DNA of 63,807 nt, the filler included, from Octopus bimaculoides (taxonomy: Eukaryota): assembly GCF_001194135.2 (NCBI RefSeq). It is 9 parts of 8 records of this genome, joined end to end, with 100 filler letters (N's around TTAATTAATTAA, not from the genome) between each part and the next. Parts side by side here need not be neighbours in the genome. Positions count along the whole stretch, not along the records: positions 49,863 to 51,483 come from NC_068983.1; positions 51,584 to 54,978 come from NC_068983.1; positions 55,079 to 57,886 come from NC_068981.1; positions 57,987 to 60,422 come from NC_068984.1; positions 60,523 to 62,160 come from NC_068993.1; positions 62,261 to 63,807 come from NW_026413336.1; 3 more parts are not named here. One strand, 5' to 3'. The notes beneath the pieces were generated by a model. It did no database searches. It had not been told where the DNA came from and saw nothing but the letters and a program-made list of their open reading frames with translations. The position numbers and the translations under genes were made by a program. Positions 50,579 through 62,441 of the stretch are shown piece after piece (the stretch's first letter is position 1; each line of letters opens with the position of its first letter).

Positions 50579-51434
50579 GAAGGGAAAGTGAAAAAGAGAG
50601 CAAGAGAATGCGGAAGAATGAAATAGAGTTACAGAGAGAAAGAGAGACAAATTGAGATAGGATGAGAAGAGAAACGAAGAGATAATTGATCCAATGTGCT
50701 AGGAAAATGGTCATTTTACGATAAACACCTGTGGCATCGCTTTATTAATTAACGAAGCAGAGCGTCAATTCTACCTCTCCTTCCTCTTCTTCTTCTACTT
50801 CTTTCTATCATTCTACTCTCTTTTCTTCCCCCTCTCTTTCTCTCTTTCTCATTCATTTGTTTTTAATTGCCAGAATAAAGTGTGTTCATACACACATCGT
50901 GTTTTCTCTATGTACGCATGCATACGAATGCTTTTGCGAAGATGGATGTTCACGTATGCGTATTTCTCCCGAGTGTGTGTATATATATATATATATACAT
51001 GTATCTGTGTGTCCAAATCTGCGCTCGTGTGTATGTGTGTGTGTGTGTGTGTGTAAATATACGTGTGTAATAATAATATCTGTGCGTAAAAATAAAGAAA
51101 ACACCACCGATTGTGTTGTTGGTCTATTGTACAAGCTTGCCATTGTTATTATTAATATCACGGTGCGTTTTATGAGATTCTTATTTAAATTTTTGTTTGA
51201 AGTCCTCTCTTTCGTTCAGTCGCCCATTCTCTCTCTCTCTCTCTCCCTCCTCCTACTCCTCCTTCACACTCACACACACACACTCTCTCTCTCTCACTCT
51301 GCATATAATACTCTCGCTCTCCCTCTCTCTCTCTGCATGTTATAACACATTTAACGCATCCTCGCCTCCCCTCTCACCATACGACCTACCCTTCCTCTAA
51401 TTTGCTTCTCATTCTCTCCTTCTTCTCCTCTCCT

Positions 51435-51483
<49 letters not shown>

Positions 51484-51587
51484 NNNNNNNNNNNNNNNNN
51501 NNNNNNNNNNNNNNNNNNNNNNNNNNNTTAATTAATTAANNNNNNNNNNNNNNNNNNNNNNNNNNNNNNNNNNNNNNNNNNNNTATC

Positions 51588-51905
51588 TTACTTGGCTTGC
51601 CGGGTCTTCTCACGCACAGCACATTTCCAAAGGTCTCGGTCAGTAGTCATCGCCTTGGTGAGGCCCAATGTACGAAGGTCTTGCCTCACCACCTCAGCCC
51701 AGGTCTTCCTGGGCCTACCTCTTCCACGGGTTCCCTCAACTGTTAGGGTGTGGCACTTTTTCACGCAGCTATCCTCATCCATTCTCACCACATGTCCATA
51801 CCAGCGCAATCGTCTCTCTTGCACGCCACAACTGATGCTTCTAATGTTCAGCTTTTCTCTCAAGATACTTACACTCTGACGGGTATTCACATTGACATTA
51901 CACAT
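51588..51905 (-). mobile_element. Young RTE LINE 3' end (open frame)
   Basis: RLRWYGHVVRMDEDSCVKKC..GRGRPRKTWAEVVRQDLRTLGL..KTRQAK* with no disruptions. Confidence 0.9.
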
Positions 51906-51915
51906 CCAACGGAAT

Positions 51916-53151
51916 ATACACACACACACACATATGAAAGAAGTAAATAGACACCTTTATAATCATTAAAATTTTTTTTAATCTGAAATTATACATTCAA
52001 ATTATTTGTTAGTTGTTATAATGCAAACATTTAATATTTAGTAGACACACTCTTTTGGGCATGTTACTGATCAGCTGGTGTATATTCTCTTGCAGAATTG
52101 TTACTAAGTTTCATGCAATAATCTCAAAAGATCTGGCTTTGAAGATGCTTTCTTGTTCTGTTTATGAAATGTCCTGTCTATTACGCCCCAGAAGTGTTCT
52201 GTAGGGTTCATATCTGGTGACTGGCTTGGCTGTGGAAACTTTCTAATGCCATTCTTTTCCAACAAGTCGTGGGTCATTTTAACTGTGTGACAAGGAATCC
52301 CATCTTCCATAAATAGAGAGTCTTCTTTAATCATTTGACCACTGGAGAAGTTTGGAAGGAGTCCTTTCTGCAATATGGACACATATTTATTTGAGTTTAT
52401 CTTTCCCTCACACTCCACCAGCTCTGATCAACCGTTGCTCCAAATTGTTCCCCTGACCATCACAGAATAGCAGCTGTGTTTCATTGCTGGTTACAATCTT
52501 TTCACATCAAATTCTTGACCACAGAATCTCCAGACCCACACTCGACCACTGTTAGGAAATACAGCAAATCTGAACTCATCAGAGAATATGACAGTGTCCC
52601 AAAATGGTAATGGCTTCTCCACCATCTCACTAGCCCAAACTTTTCTCCGCTTCATATTGGCTAGTCAAAGATGTGGCTTCCTTCTTCCTGTTCTGCCATA
52701 GTAACCAAGTTTGTGGAGATACCTGACAGCTGTTCTGGGACTGACATCAACTTGCTCTGCTATGTCAGGGGTCTTGCAATGAGGATTATCCTCCACACTT
52801 CTCTTAGCAAAGAGAAGGGTCCTGTCAGAGGACCCTGGTTGATCTGGACAAGGTGATGTGGACTCCTTCCCCTCTCTGGTGAATTGCACAATTACTCTAT
52901 TAACTGTAGAAAGCGAGATCCCAAGGTTTTCTGCGATTTTACACTGACTATATCCACCTTCAAACCACAATGCGGCCTCTCTGAAATTCAGACAGTTCCA
53001 AGGCTTCTTTTGTACATTGCATGATTAAACAGTGACATATAGAATCTGAAACATAAAAATGTCAATTGATAAGAAATAGAAACTTTTACAAGTTAGAATA
53101 AACAGAAAACGATGTTTTATGGGGTGTCTATTTACTTCTAACGTGTGTGTA
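51916..53151 (-). mobile_element. Near full-length Tc1-like transposon relic (~1.2 kb)
   Basis: HTH ([19 protein letters not shown]), FSDE, FMEDGIPCH, SQSPDMNPTEHFW. TIR core AGAAGTAAATAGACACC (51939-55) / GGTGTCTATTTACTTCT (53123-39). Confidence 0.88.
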
Positions 53152-54299
53152 TATATAGTTAGTCAGTTAATAAAAAAAAAAAACATATATCAGAAAGAAG
53201 CACATTCTAAAAAATAGAGCAGTAATTATTACAACAAAATTTTATAGAGTTACCCAAGGTTTCGCACCTTGAGTAACTCTATATAAAATTTTGTTGTTAT
53301 ATATATATATATATATATAATATAAAAAGCACTCGGCCCACTCTACAGAGTGGTTGGTGCCAGGAAGGGTATCCAGCCGTAAAAACCATACCAAAACAGA
53401 CACTGAAGCATGGTACAGGCTCCTGCCTGGTCAGCTCCTGTCAAACCATCCAGCCCATGCCAGCATGGACAATAAATCTTAAATGATGATGATGATATAA
53501 TAACTACGAAATCATGATCTATAATTCAGTCTGCTTTTAAGGGGCTAGCTTTGAGAGTTGCATTTCTTCGCATTCGGTAAAAATGTGTTTATTATGGTAG
53601 TTTGACCTTAGAGTCCCTCATAGCGTGAGGCATTCTTGTATAGTAATGCCCTTATATAAATAAATATATTTTGAGGAATAAATGATGGATTTTTTCCCTT
53701 ATGAGGTTTTTTTCACGCTAGCTACTTGATAAATTCTTGTAAAAGAATTCATCCTATTATTGAATTTATATATATATATATATATATCATCTCAGAAATA
53801 ATGTGGGCCCTGGCGATTTTCCTTCTCCTTCTTTGGACCTCTCCCTTATACTTGAAATGTTAAAAACTCTCCCCTTTCACTGAACGTCAAGTTAATATAA
53901 TTCCTATGCATGTCCTTACACTCGTTTTTCTTTTTTCATTTATTGAATTGCTTGTTCATTGAATTGACTATATAAGAATATAAATATATATATAAATGTA
54001 TATGTATGTATGTATGTATATAACAAGTGTTTATGAAGTTTCGAATAGAAAGAGGTTGCTCTTTCACAGGGATGTGTTTTATCCAAGCGTACACCAGTTT
54101 AGCTCCATATCGATTAATATACTTGGAATTCATTAATTTGTGTTAGTATTAGTGTTTACACTTATGAAGTTCCAGTATTCATTATAGATGTTTGCATCTA
54201 TTTGATATAGAACAGAATTTTAATAATATAATATAAGGAAAATGGAGAGTTTGAACACAGAAAAAAAATCAATTTATTCATATAATAGTCAATTTCATA

Positions 54300-54392
54300 T
54301 TGCCTATGTATGTTTCAATTTCTTACCTTCATCCATATTTTGCGATTAAGATTGCATTATACATTTAAAAGGTAAAAATCTCTTCAGGGCAA
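54300..54392 (-). ncRNA. Type I hammerhead motif with long stem II (left arm)
   Basis: Minus strand reads TTGCC-CTGAAGA-GATTTTTACCTT...AAGGTAAGAAATT-GAAA-C-ATAC-ATA-GGCAA. Stem I TTGCC/GGCAA is perfect. Stem III ACATACAT looks like CpG-decayed ACGTACGT. Confidence 0.6.
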
Positions 54393-54525
54393 AAGTTGAC
54401 AAAATTCATTCCCATCCAAATAGATGGAGAGTTGCTGACACAAATAAACACACAAATGCATGCTGCTATTTCAGTTGGCAAGCAATTCTCCATCCATTAG
54501 GATGGGAATGAATTTTTGTCAACTT

Positions 54526-54618
54526 TTGCCCTGAAGAGATTTTTACCTTTTAAATGCATAATGCAATCGTAATTGCAAAATATGGATAAAGGTAAGAAAT
54601 TGAAACATACATATGCAA
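54526..54618 (+). ncRNA. Type I hammerhead motif with long stem II (right arm)
   Basis: TTGCC-CTGAAGA-GATTTTTACCTTT...TGCAAT-cgta-ATTGCA...AAAGGTAAGAAATT-GAAA-C-ATAC-ATA-TGCAA. There is one stem I mismatch. Confidence 0.55.
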
Positions 54619-54681
54619 TATGAAATTGACTATTATATGAATAAATTGATCTTTTTCTGTGTTCAAACTCTCCATTTTCCT

Positions 54682-54718
<37 letters not shown>

Positions 54719-54823
54719 TTCAAGGCTTGAATATGGTACTTATGCGAAGGCACCCGAATATCACATCCCAAAAGGATGGGTGATTAAAATCAAATAATAA
54801 GCAACACGGATTTCAAAAGTGAT

Positions 54824-54912
54824 TGCAGTACGCACGTTTCATGCTACTTCAATTTATTTAAGTAATGTGAGCATTACCTTAAATGCAATATGAAGAGCAA
54901 TCTTCAGCTGCA
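54824..54912 (-). ncRNA. Type I hammerhead ribozyme with extended stem II
   Basis: Minus strand reads TGCAG-CTGAAGA-T-TGCT-CTTCA-tattgc-ATTTAA-g-GTAATG-ctca-CATTAC-TTAAAT-aaat-TGAAG-t-AGCA-T-GAAA-C-GTGC-GTA-CTGCA. Stem I is perfect, stem II has about 21 bp, and the triplet is GUA. Confidence 0.75.
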
Positions 54913-57900
54913 CGAAAAAATGTAGAAAAAAAGACATATTACAAATGTGGCAACATATTAAAACCAAGTGCTCTCTCCNNNNNNNNNNNNNNNNNNNNNN
55001 NNNNNNNNNNNNNNNNNNNNNNTTAATTAATTAANNNNNNNNNNNNNNNNNNNNNNNNNNNNNNNNNNNNNNNNNNNNATATGTATATATATATATATAT
55101 AGCGGCGTACGTACACTTTGGTCTCTTATATGTAAGTATATATTTATCTAAATCTTACACAAATCTATTGTATTATTCTTTTATTCTTTCGTTCTTTCTA
55201 TCAGTCCTTTCACGCTCACTTCGTTCATTCCACTCTTCGACATTTCGCCCCCCCCCTCTCACACGTCTCATTGCTTTCTTTTCATGCAAACTTTCCCTCT
55301 ACTCTTCACTTTACTGTGCCCCTGTATTTTTTTTGTCGACCCAACATTATTTCTTCAGTCCCTCTTCCTCTACCTCTCTCTCTTCTCTCCCCACGTGACC
55401 GGTGATCGGCGAAGTGAGACATTTATTTCTTGGTTCGGCCTCTGCCCGTGCAACATCTATAATCTTCCCTGCATGTGAAATATGTATCTCTGCCATAAGG
55501 CTTCACTTCCACACACGCCAGCTTAATTTAATTCGTCCTTAGTCGAAAAACCTGTTGGTATGTCCTGTTATTTGTATTAGTGTAACATTCTCCGTTTTCT
55601 TCCGACTTTGTTTTCGTTTACATTCACTGATTTCATCCAAGGAATCTAATGCTCTAAGACCAATTATTCGGCCTCCTTTTATTGAGCCTTGTCACAGTTT
55701 ATTTATCTTCGTTCCTCATCTTGTGGTCATCTAAGAGGTGCCCCCTATCAGAAAATATCATTCGTATCGGACGTACTATCGACATCGTACACATGTGATT
55801 GACTCGGGCGCAGAAGTTAAACCCCGAGTTGTTATCTATAATAGTAAAAAATTAAAAGTAATTCAAATTCTACCGTGAAAGACCATGTGCTAAATATTAA
55901 AAAAAATATAAGATATCTGGGGCTAGAAATATTGCGGAATAACGGGAAATAACAGCTATTGTGTCTCTTGAAAAATAAATATTAAACCATATCACTACCA
56001 TTTCTAAAAGATATTTAATGTGTTCACTAGTATATTTTACTGTTTATTATTTACTTGTTTCAGTCATTAAACTGCGGCCATCCTGGGGCATCACATTTAA
56101 CAAAGTTTTAGTCGAACTAATCGACACCAGTAATTAATTTTTGTCAAGCCTGGTACTTAATCCATGGTTAGCTATTTCTGAAGAACAAAATTACAAGGAC
56201 ATAAACAAACCAACTCCGGTTGTCGAATATTGTAGTGGGTTAAAATATACGACAATGCTTCGGTCGGACCACGGCGGGAGAATACTTGAAGTGCTACGCA
56301 GTAGGACTGAACCCAGAACTATGCGTTTGGGACGATACTACTTACAGCTCAGCAACTCCAGTATCTGATGTTCCATTTCTCCTTCTCTATTCTATATGCA
56401 AATATGCATGTTGCATATAATGTATATATACCATAGAGAGTATCCTTATAGTGCTGTGAAACATAACTACACTAGTATTAACTTACTTGCATGGGGCTCG
56501 TTTGGTTCCAATATGTATTATGCTATACAATTAAGTGTAATTTAAGCATTTAATGTTTCGGTGCAGAAAGCGATTCTTGAAATGTCTCTTCAGTTAGTAA
56601 ATATGTAACAGTATTAACGCTGCAAGAACTATATAACAAGTCTTGAATGCATAATTATAGTACGACGCCATTTAATTAGTCCCTATAGACATATATATTC
56701 GAAGCTCCAATTAAATCTTCCAATTAACGAGGTTTCTCATTTACCAGACATGAAGGGAATCAGTAATATTCCTTATAAGGGTAACATAATTAAAATACAT
56801 ATTTTAAACTTTCTCTTGTTACACACCAGAATATTCCTACAGATTTAACCTATAGTTGTGTCCAATTTATATGAACTCGCTTTACAATTAACACTCAAAC
56901 TAAATACACCTGCTCCTTCCTGAAATTTACAGAATATCAATATATATATATATATATATCATCCATTATTATTGAAGCCCCTCGAGTCAAAATATTAATT
57001 TAAGAAATGTGAAAACTTGACCACAAGTTTATATGAATTTGTATATCATTAACACTCAGTCTCCGTTCTCATATCTTACATTAATACATGAAAAGTTATG
57101 GCGCCATAAATATTTAACTCTACCGTTTTTCTCTTTCGCAATTATAACTCATCCAGAACGGTTTTGAAAAATAGTTAATTTATTTTCAGACATCAACAAT
57201 GCAAGATTAATAAGCGCATTAATACATGCGGGTAATGAAATGATAATTATGTTGCAAACCCATACTCCTTCTCCTTGATAAGTGGATTACATATATTTAA
57301 CCCAAAATAAACATTATAACAAGTGAATATTTAATGTGAATATATTCTTCATTGTTACCTTCCCTATAAGCACTATTATATATGAGTTAAACGCTTTAAA
57401 ATAATAAAAAAAAGTAAAATGAAATAAAGTCAAAGTTAAAAAGAATCTACACGGTAAAGTGCACTTATATTAGGAAATATATTTGGAGATATTTGCAAGA
57501 GATAGGGTAACTGTACTTGTTTAATTACAGTGGTAAAAATGTTATTTTTTATGTATATTATGGGAATAGTGTATGGTTTAGGTTGGGGAGAGGAGTCAGT
57601 AAGATAGTTTTTATTGACCACCAAATTCTACGTGTTTAATGTTTGCTTGAGCTCTCAATTATCTGCAGCATGCTTACTAAAATTTGATATGATTCCAGTC
57701 CCAATTGGAACACAATCTTCGGGATTACATTCGAAACTATAGAAGCATATTTTCTGTGTTAATGACTTGGAAGTTTAGTATCATATTCGGTACTTCTATT
57801 TCAGCCATTTTAATCTTCTTCTTTCAATCTATACGGCAATTTATCCGTGCCCTGTATTGCTTTATTATCCGTGCCCTGTATCTCTCNNNNNNNNNNNNNN

Positions 57901-57986
57901 NNNNNNNNNNNNNNNNNNNNNNNNNNNNNNTTAATTAATTAANNNNNNNNNNNNNNNNNNNNNNNNNNNNNNNNNNNNNNNNNNNN

Positions 57987-58059
<73 letters not shown>

Positions 58060-59299
58060 TACACACTTTTCTCTGTCTCTGTGATTCTCTCTCTCTCCCT
58101 TTTATGTTTATGCAGCAAGCAGTTGCTCATTACTCATTGCCCGCCACCAAACTTAGTATGTATATTCATCTGCACTTAATAGTCTTAAACATAGCTCTAC
58201 AATGAGCTCTAGGGCTTATGAGTCCGGAGCTAAATCCGATTTCCATAGCATATAAGTGTCCAAGATTATGACACTCTCCATTGAGCAGAACGCCGGTCCA
58301 TCACAGGATTAACCATCCAGTTTTTGCTGGGACACATTTACGGCTGAGCGGCCTGGAGCAAACATGAAATGTGGGGGAAAGGAATTTTTTGGCTCAAGAA
58401 CACAACGCACTACCCGGTCCGGGAATCGAAACAAGGATTTCACGATCGTGAGTGCAACACCTAAACGACTAGGCCATACACCTTCCCATAGATATCCATA
58501 ATAGTGGTGGTGGTGGTGGTGGTGGTGGTGGTAGAGGGGAATGGTTTAAGAATTAATAACATTCTTAGAATAGAGCAGATCAATAGATCAAATTTCGAAT
58601 TTGTGTATTGGGTGTCGGAATTGGCTCGTCAGTGGTATGATTTATGACAGAAGCAAAATAAATACGCAAACAAGCAAACAAACAAACAAACAAACAAACA
58701 GAAACAAGCAAATAAATAACTAAAGCCGGCAAACTGACTGATAGATTTCGAAAGCAAAATATTTGGACATGGGATACGACAGGCTGAAAGGACCTATCGG
58801 ATAACAGTCTTCAGAAGGTGGGAAAATAAATGTATGACTAAACTACCTGTGCCCCGTGAGTTAAGGAGGCTTATTTATTTATGGAAAAGGCTAAAATTGG
58901 AAAAGAGATTAGGAAGCGCCCTTTATGTATTTCAGCTCTTCTCTGACTAATAGATGGAGAGAAGGAAGTGAGCACCAAACCGAAAACCTGGACAGAATGT
59001 GTTTGCTGGCCACCAAGTTCACTGTACTCTTTTCATCGATTTAACTTCTATAAATGTATCTAGCACGAACTTTCTTCTTCTCTATTCAGTTCGTCACATC
59101 ACAGCGTTCAGTATACATATTTTTTTTCACGTCGGGCCTTACAAGCCCTTCTTGTTTATTTTCACTGTTTCGTTTTCCTCTCGTGTTTTCTGTTCTCCAC
59201 TTTATTCCTCCGTATTACAAATTTCATTTAATTTGTTTCCGCGGGAAGAGCCATTCTAACAATGCGTCCTGCCCTAACTCTTCAAAACGCTTAGTTTAG

Positions 59300-59510
59300 A
59301 ATGGTGGCAGCTGGTGAAGGAAATGTTCTCTATGTGTCCTGTGTGTTTTCTGTACTCTGTTTATGTTCTCTTTTTCATTTTGTCCACGTTTTTTTGTGAC
59401 GTCTTGTACCCAGATATGCATCTATATATACAGGTAGATGTAGGTANNNNNNNNNNGTCTTGTACCCAGATATGCATCTATATATACAGGTAGATGTAGG
59501 TATGTACATA
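59300..59510 (+). repeat. Dispersed repeat related to 33845-33975(-) and 49935-50085(-); probable Penelope terminal sequence
   Basis: Shared (G)CTG(A/G)TGAAG and GTCCTGTACCCA blocks (GTCTTGTACCCA in this copy); AATGTTCTCTATGTG is shared with the 33845 copy, which sits inverted next to a PLE. Confidence 0.5.
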
Positions 59511-59569
59511 CATGTACGTATATATGCATATACTCACATATTATTTGTATTATATATATTTATACATAC

Positions 59570-60345
59570 ATAAGGTGTACGGACTGAATTAGACCATATT
59601 TTTATGTCCCATTTTTTTTGTTTTGTTTTGTTTTTTTCATAGCTTGATGTATTTAGTAAAAAGTCAACGACGTTGGAACGCATAACGATTAAAGATGTAC
59701 TGGAGAAAAAGTTAGCTAATCTGGAGGACCGAAAGCCATCAGCAATATTGGAAAAGAGTTACCTGTATCAAGATGATTTGCTCCGGCTATCATAATGCCG
59801 GCATCATGACTGATGATAAATGCTTAACACATGACATGGACAGCTGCAACAGTGACTACGAAGCCGTGGCCAGTAAGATGGGACAGAGCAGGTGTATGTC
59901 TCCAGTGAGGATAACGTCATGCCGCCCCAGCCCCATAATTTTTTAACGGGGCCTTAGGATCAATTCAGACGGCTATGTGAAACAGCTTGAGACTGTAGTC
60001 AAACCCTGATCGGAAAGTATTGCTGCTGGAAGGTCATATGTGTGACAATAGGATTCATGTCTTTGCCATCCCTCTGGAAAGGCACAAGTATCTGTCGGAA
60101 AATTTCTACGACAATACTAACTCCAATTTCTGGCCCCCTAATCCCCCACCGATCGTAATCCTATGCATTACAATATGTGGTACTTGGTTGTGAGAGATAC
60201 CAACCGTTATGCCTGCAATACCAAGACCGAACTGGTGGCCAAGATTAAAGAGTTGTTCGAAGATCTCCCCGAGGACCCAATGACATGCATTAGGTTCCGG
60301 ATCCATTTTGAGGCTGTGACAGAAGCAAGTATAACATAATGTGTA
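59570..60345 (+). mobile_element. maT-like (DD37D) Tc1/mariner relic
   Basis: INSDGYVKQLETVVKP..AAGRSYV.Q.DS..H, NPMHYNMW, CNTKTELVAKIKELF. Confidence 0.75.
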
Positions 60346-60382
60346 CACACATGCGTGCACTCCTCCCCCACAAATATATATT

Positions 60383-60422
<40 letters not shown>

Positions 60423-60522
60423 NNNNNNNNNNNNNNNNNNNNNNNNNNNNNNNNNNNNNNNNNNNNTTAATTAATTAANNNNNNNNNNNNNNNNNNNNNN
60501 NNNNNNNNNNNNNNNNNNNNNN

Positions 60523-60571
<49 letters not shown>

Positions 60572-60572
60572 C

Positions 60573-60604
<32 letters not shown>

Positions 60605-61499
60605 GAAAAACATATTGATATTTCAAATGCATGTAGTTTCAAGTGGCGATGTAACGCATAAGTGCGCAGTAACCTATTTTCCTCGGTGATTTTCAAGGAA
60701 AGACATTGTTTCAAATTTATGCCAATATATACTAGGATGCTTTAGTAAAGCCACCGAAGAAAAACATAAAAAGAGAAAGAAAAAGAGATAATATTTCACT
60801 AAGAAATAAGAAAAGAATATATACATTATATAAGTACAAGCGCCCGAGGGGATTGAGTAGTAAATAACATAATAATAATATTCAAAATATACACACCAAG
60901 CTTCAAATATTTTAAGGGAAGAGAATGAGCAATTATTGTGCTAAAGGCAAGATAATTAATTTTTCAGGTATGTTATGTAGTCTCATCTCTCTTAAGACAA
61001 AGATCTTTAAAATAGTTGGTGTTATTGTCTCGATCGTTACTTCTTCAAATATACGATTATTCTTATGTTTTATTAGTTATGACACGAATTTTGCTCACCG
61101 TGTACATTCTTAATAACGAGCCGTTTCTCCGATGAAAACTTTCAGGTAAAAGTTGGATCCGTTCGCAACACCTAATTATTAGCAAATAAATGCCGTTATT
61201 TACTTGAACGGTAATATTCTTCCTTCTCTTCGTGGACGCAACTACTATATAATTATTTCGAATACTGTCGAATACTCTGTGTCTTCCAGATGACATTACT
61301 ACTTGTGTGTTACAGAATATACGCATTATTTCTATTTACAATAACCGCTATATGTATAACATATACAGTTGAGTTTCGCTTAAACAAATCCTCTTCAACT
61401 ATACAGAACTATTTTCCACAAATTTTTTTTGAATTATATGTTCGAGGAACTTTTAATACAGTTGAAATATATTGACCAAACCTAAAGCTATTTCTCTTT

Positions 61500-61905
61500 T
61501 ATTATTGAAGACGTCGCGCAGCATTCAATATAGTGATTTTATAAACTGAAGACATTGTGTGCCCCGGGTGTTTGTACTGTCTTTCAAGTCATAACAAAGA
61601 CCTGAGACAGACGGTACTTTACGCAGTATGTATACAATTCCAAGCAAAGCCGATTTTTGCAATATTCCTCAATTGTGGGGTATTGCAAATATTCCAGATG
61701 TTTCATCAGGATTGGGTGGTATTGAACCCAATGCTCCGATGACGACAGGAATAACTTTTATGCTTGACTATCGCAGCTGCCACATCTTGGCGACCTAATT
61801 TCTCAGGTCTCCATATTTATCAGCCTTTTCTCTTCCTTTCATGATATGCCGATCTCCTGCAACTGCTTCGTCAATTATTAGGCACTCTTTGTTTGCCCCT
61901 GTCAT
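61500..61905 (-). mobile_element. Different R4/Dong-like RLE LINE 3' end
   Basis: KECLIIDEAVAGD..DKYGDL..IKVIPVVIGALG..LQKSALLG..ILRKV (RLE nuclease region). Confidence 0.8.
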
Positions 61906-61924
61906 TATTATTATTATTATTATT

Positions 61925-62160
61925 CAGTAGTTTTATTTTTATAACGTGCTTTCACTTCACTACCGAGCGCAGCTCTGTGCGCCTTGGGTATGTGCTGTGG
62001 TTTGCTGTGGTGCTCTTATGTTTACTGTATTGAAAGTGTTTTGCGTAGAATGTGTGCAGTACCCAGTAGTGCAATTTTCTGTATGTTATATATATTTGTA
62101 AGTCCTGGTGTTTTTGTTATGTATTTGTCTGAATATTTTTTTATTATACCTAAGGCACCT
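61925..62160 (-). mobile_element. Second, near-identical R4/Dong-like 3' end at (TAA)n
   Basis: Aligns to 49450-49690 with few substitutions. Confidence 0.85.
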
Positions 62161-62370
62161 NNNNNNNNNNNNNNNNNNNNNNNNNNNNNNNNNNNNNNNN
62201 NNNNTTAATTAATTAANNNNNNNNNNNNNNNNNNNNNNNNNNNNNNNNNNNNNNNNNNNNCCAACTTCACGGCAGTAGGCGCAGATGAGAGCAGCTGCAT
62301 CAAACTCTCTTATGCACCAAATGTTAATTCCTGAAGTAAAATTGTGTAGCTGAAACTGGATAAAATGAAA

Positions 62371-62410
<40 letters not shown>

Positions 62411-62441
62411 CAAAATAAGGAACACGGATTTTAAAGATGAC

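Larger units (their letters stand above)
54227..54690. mobile_element. Palindromic element (~210-bp arms, ~43-nt loop) with an outward-facing HHR in each arm
   Basis: 54227-54437 is the reverse complement of 54481-54690 with few mismatches. The right end runs into (TA)n. Confidence 0.85.

Noticed and set aside
59395-59505. 50-bp direct repeat
   Set aside because: The two copies are identical and flank a 10-N gap, so this is likely an unmerged contig overlap.
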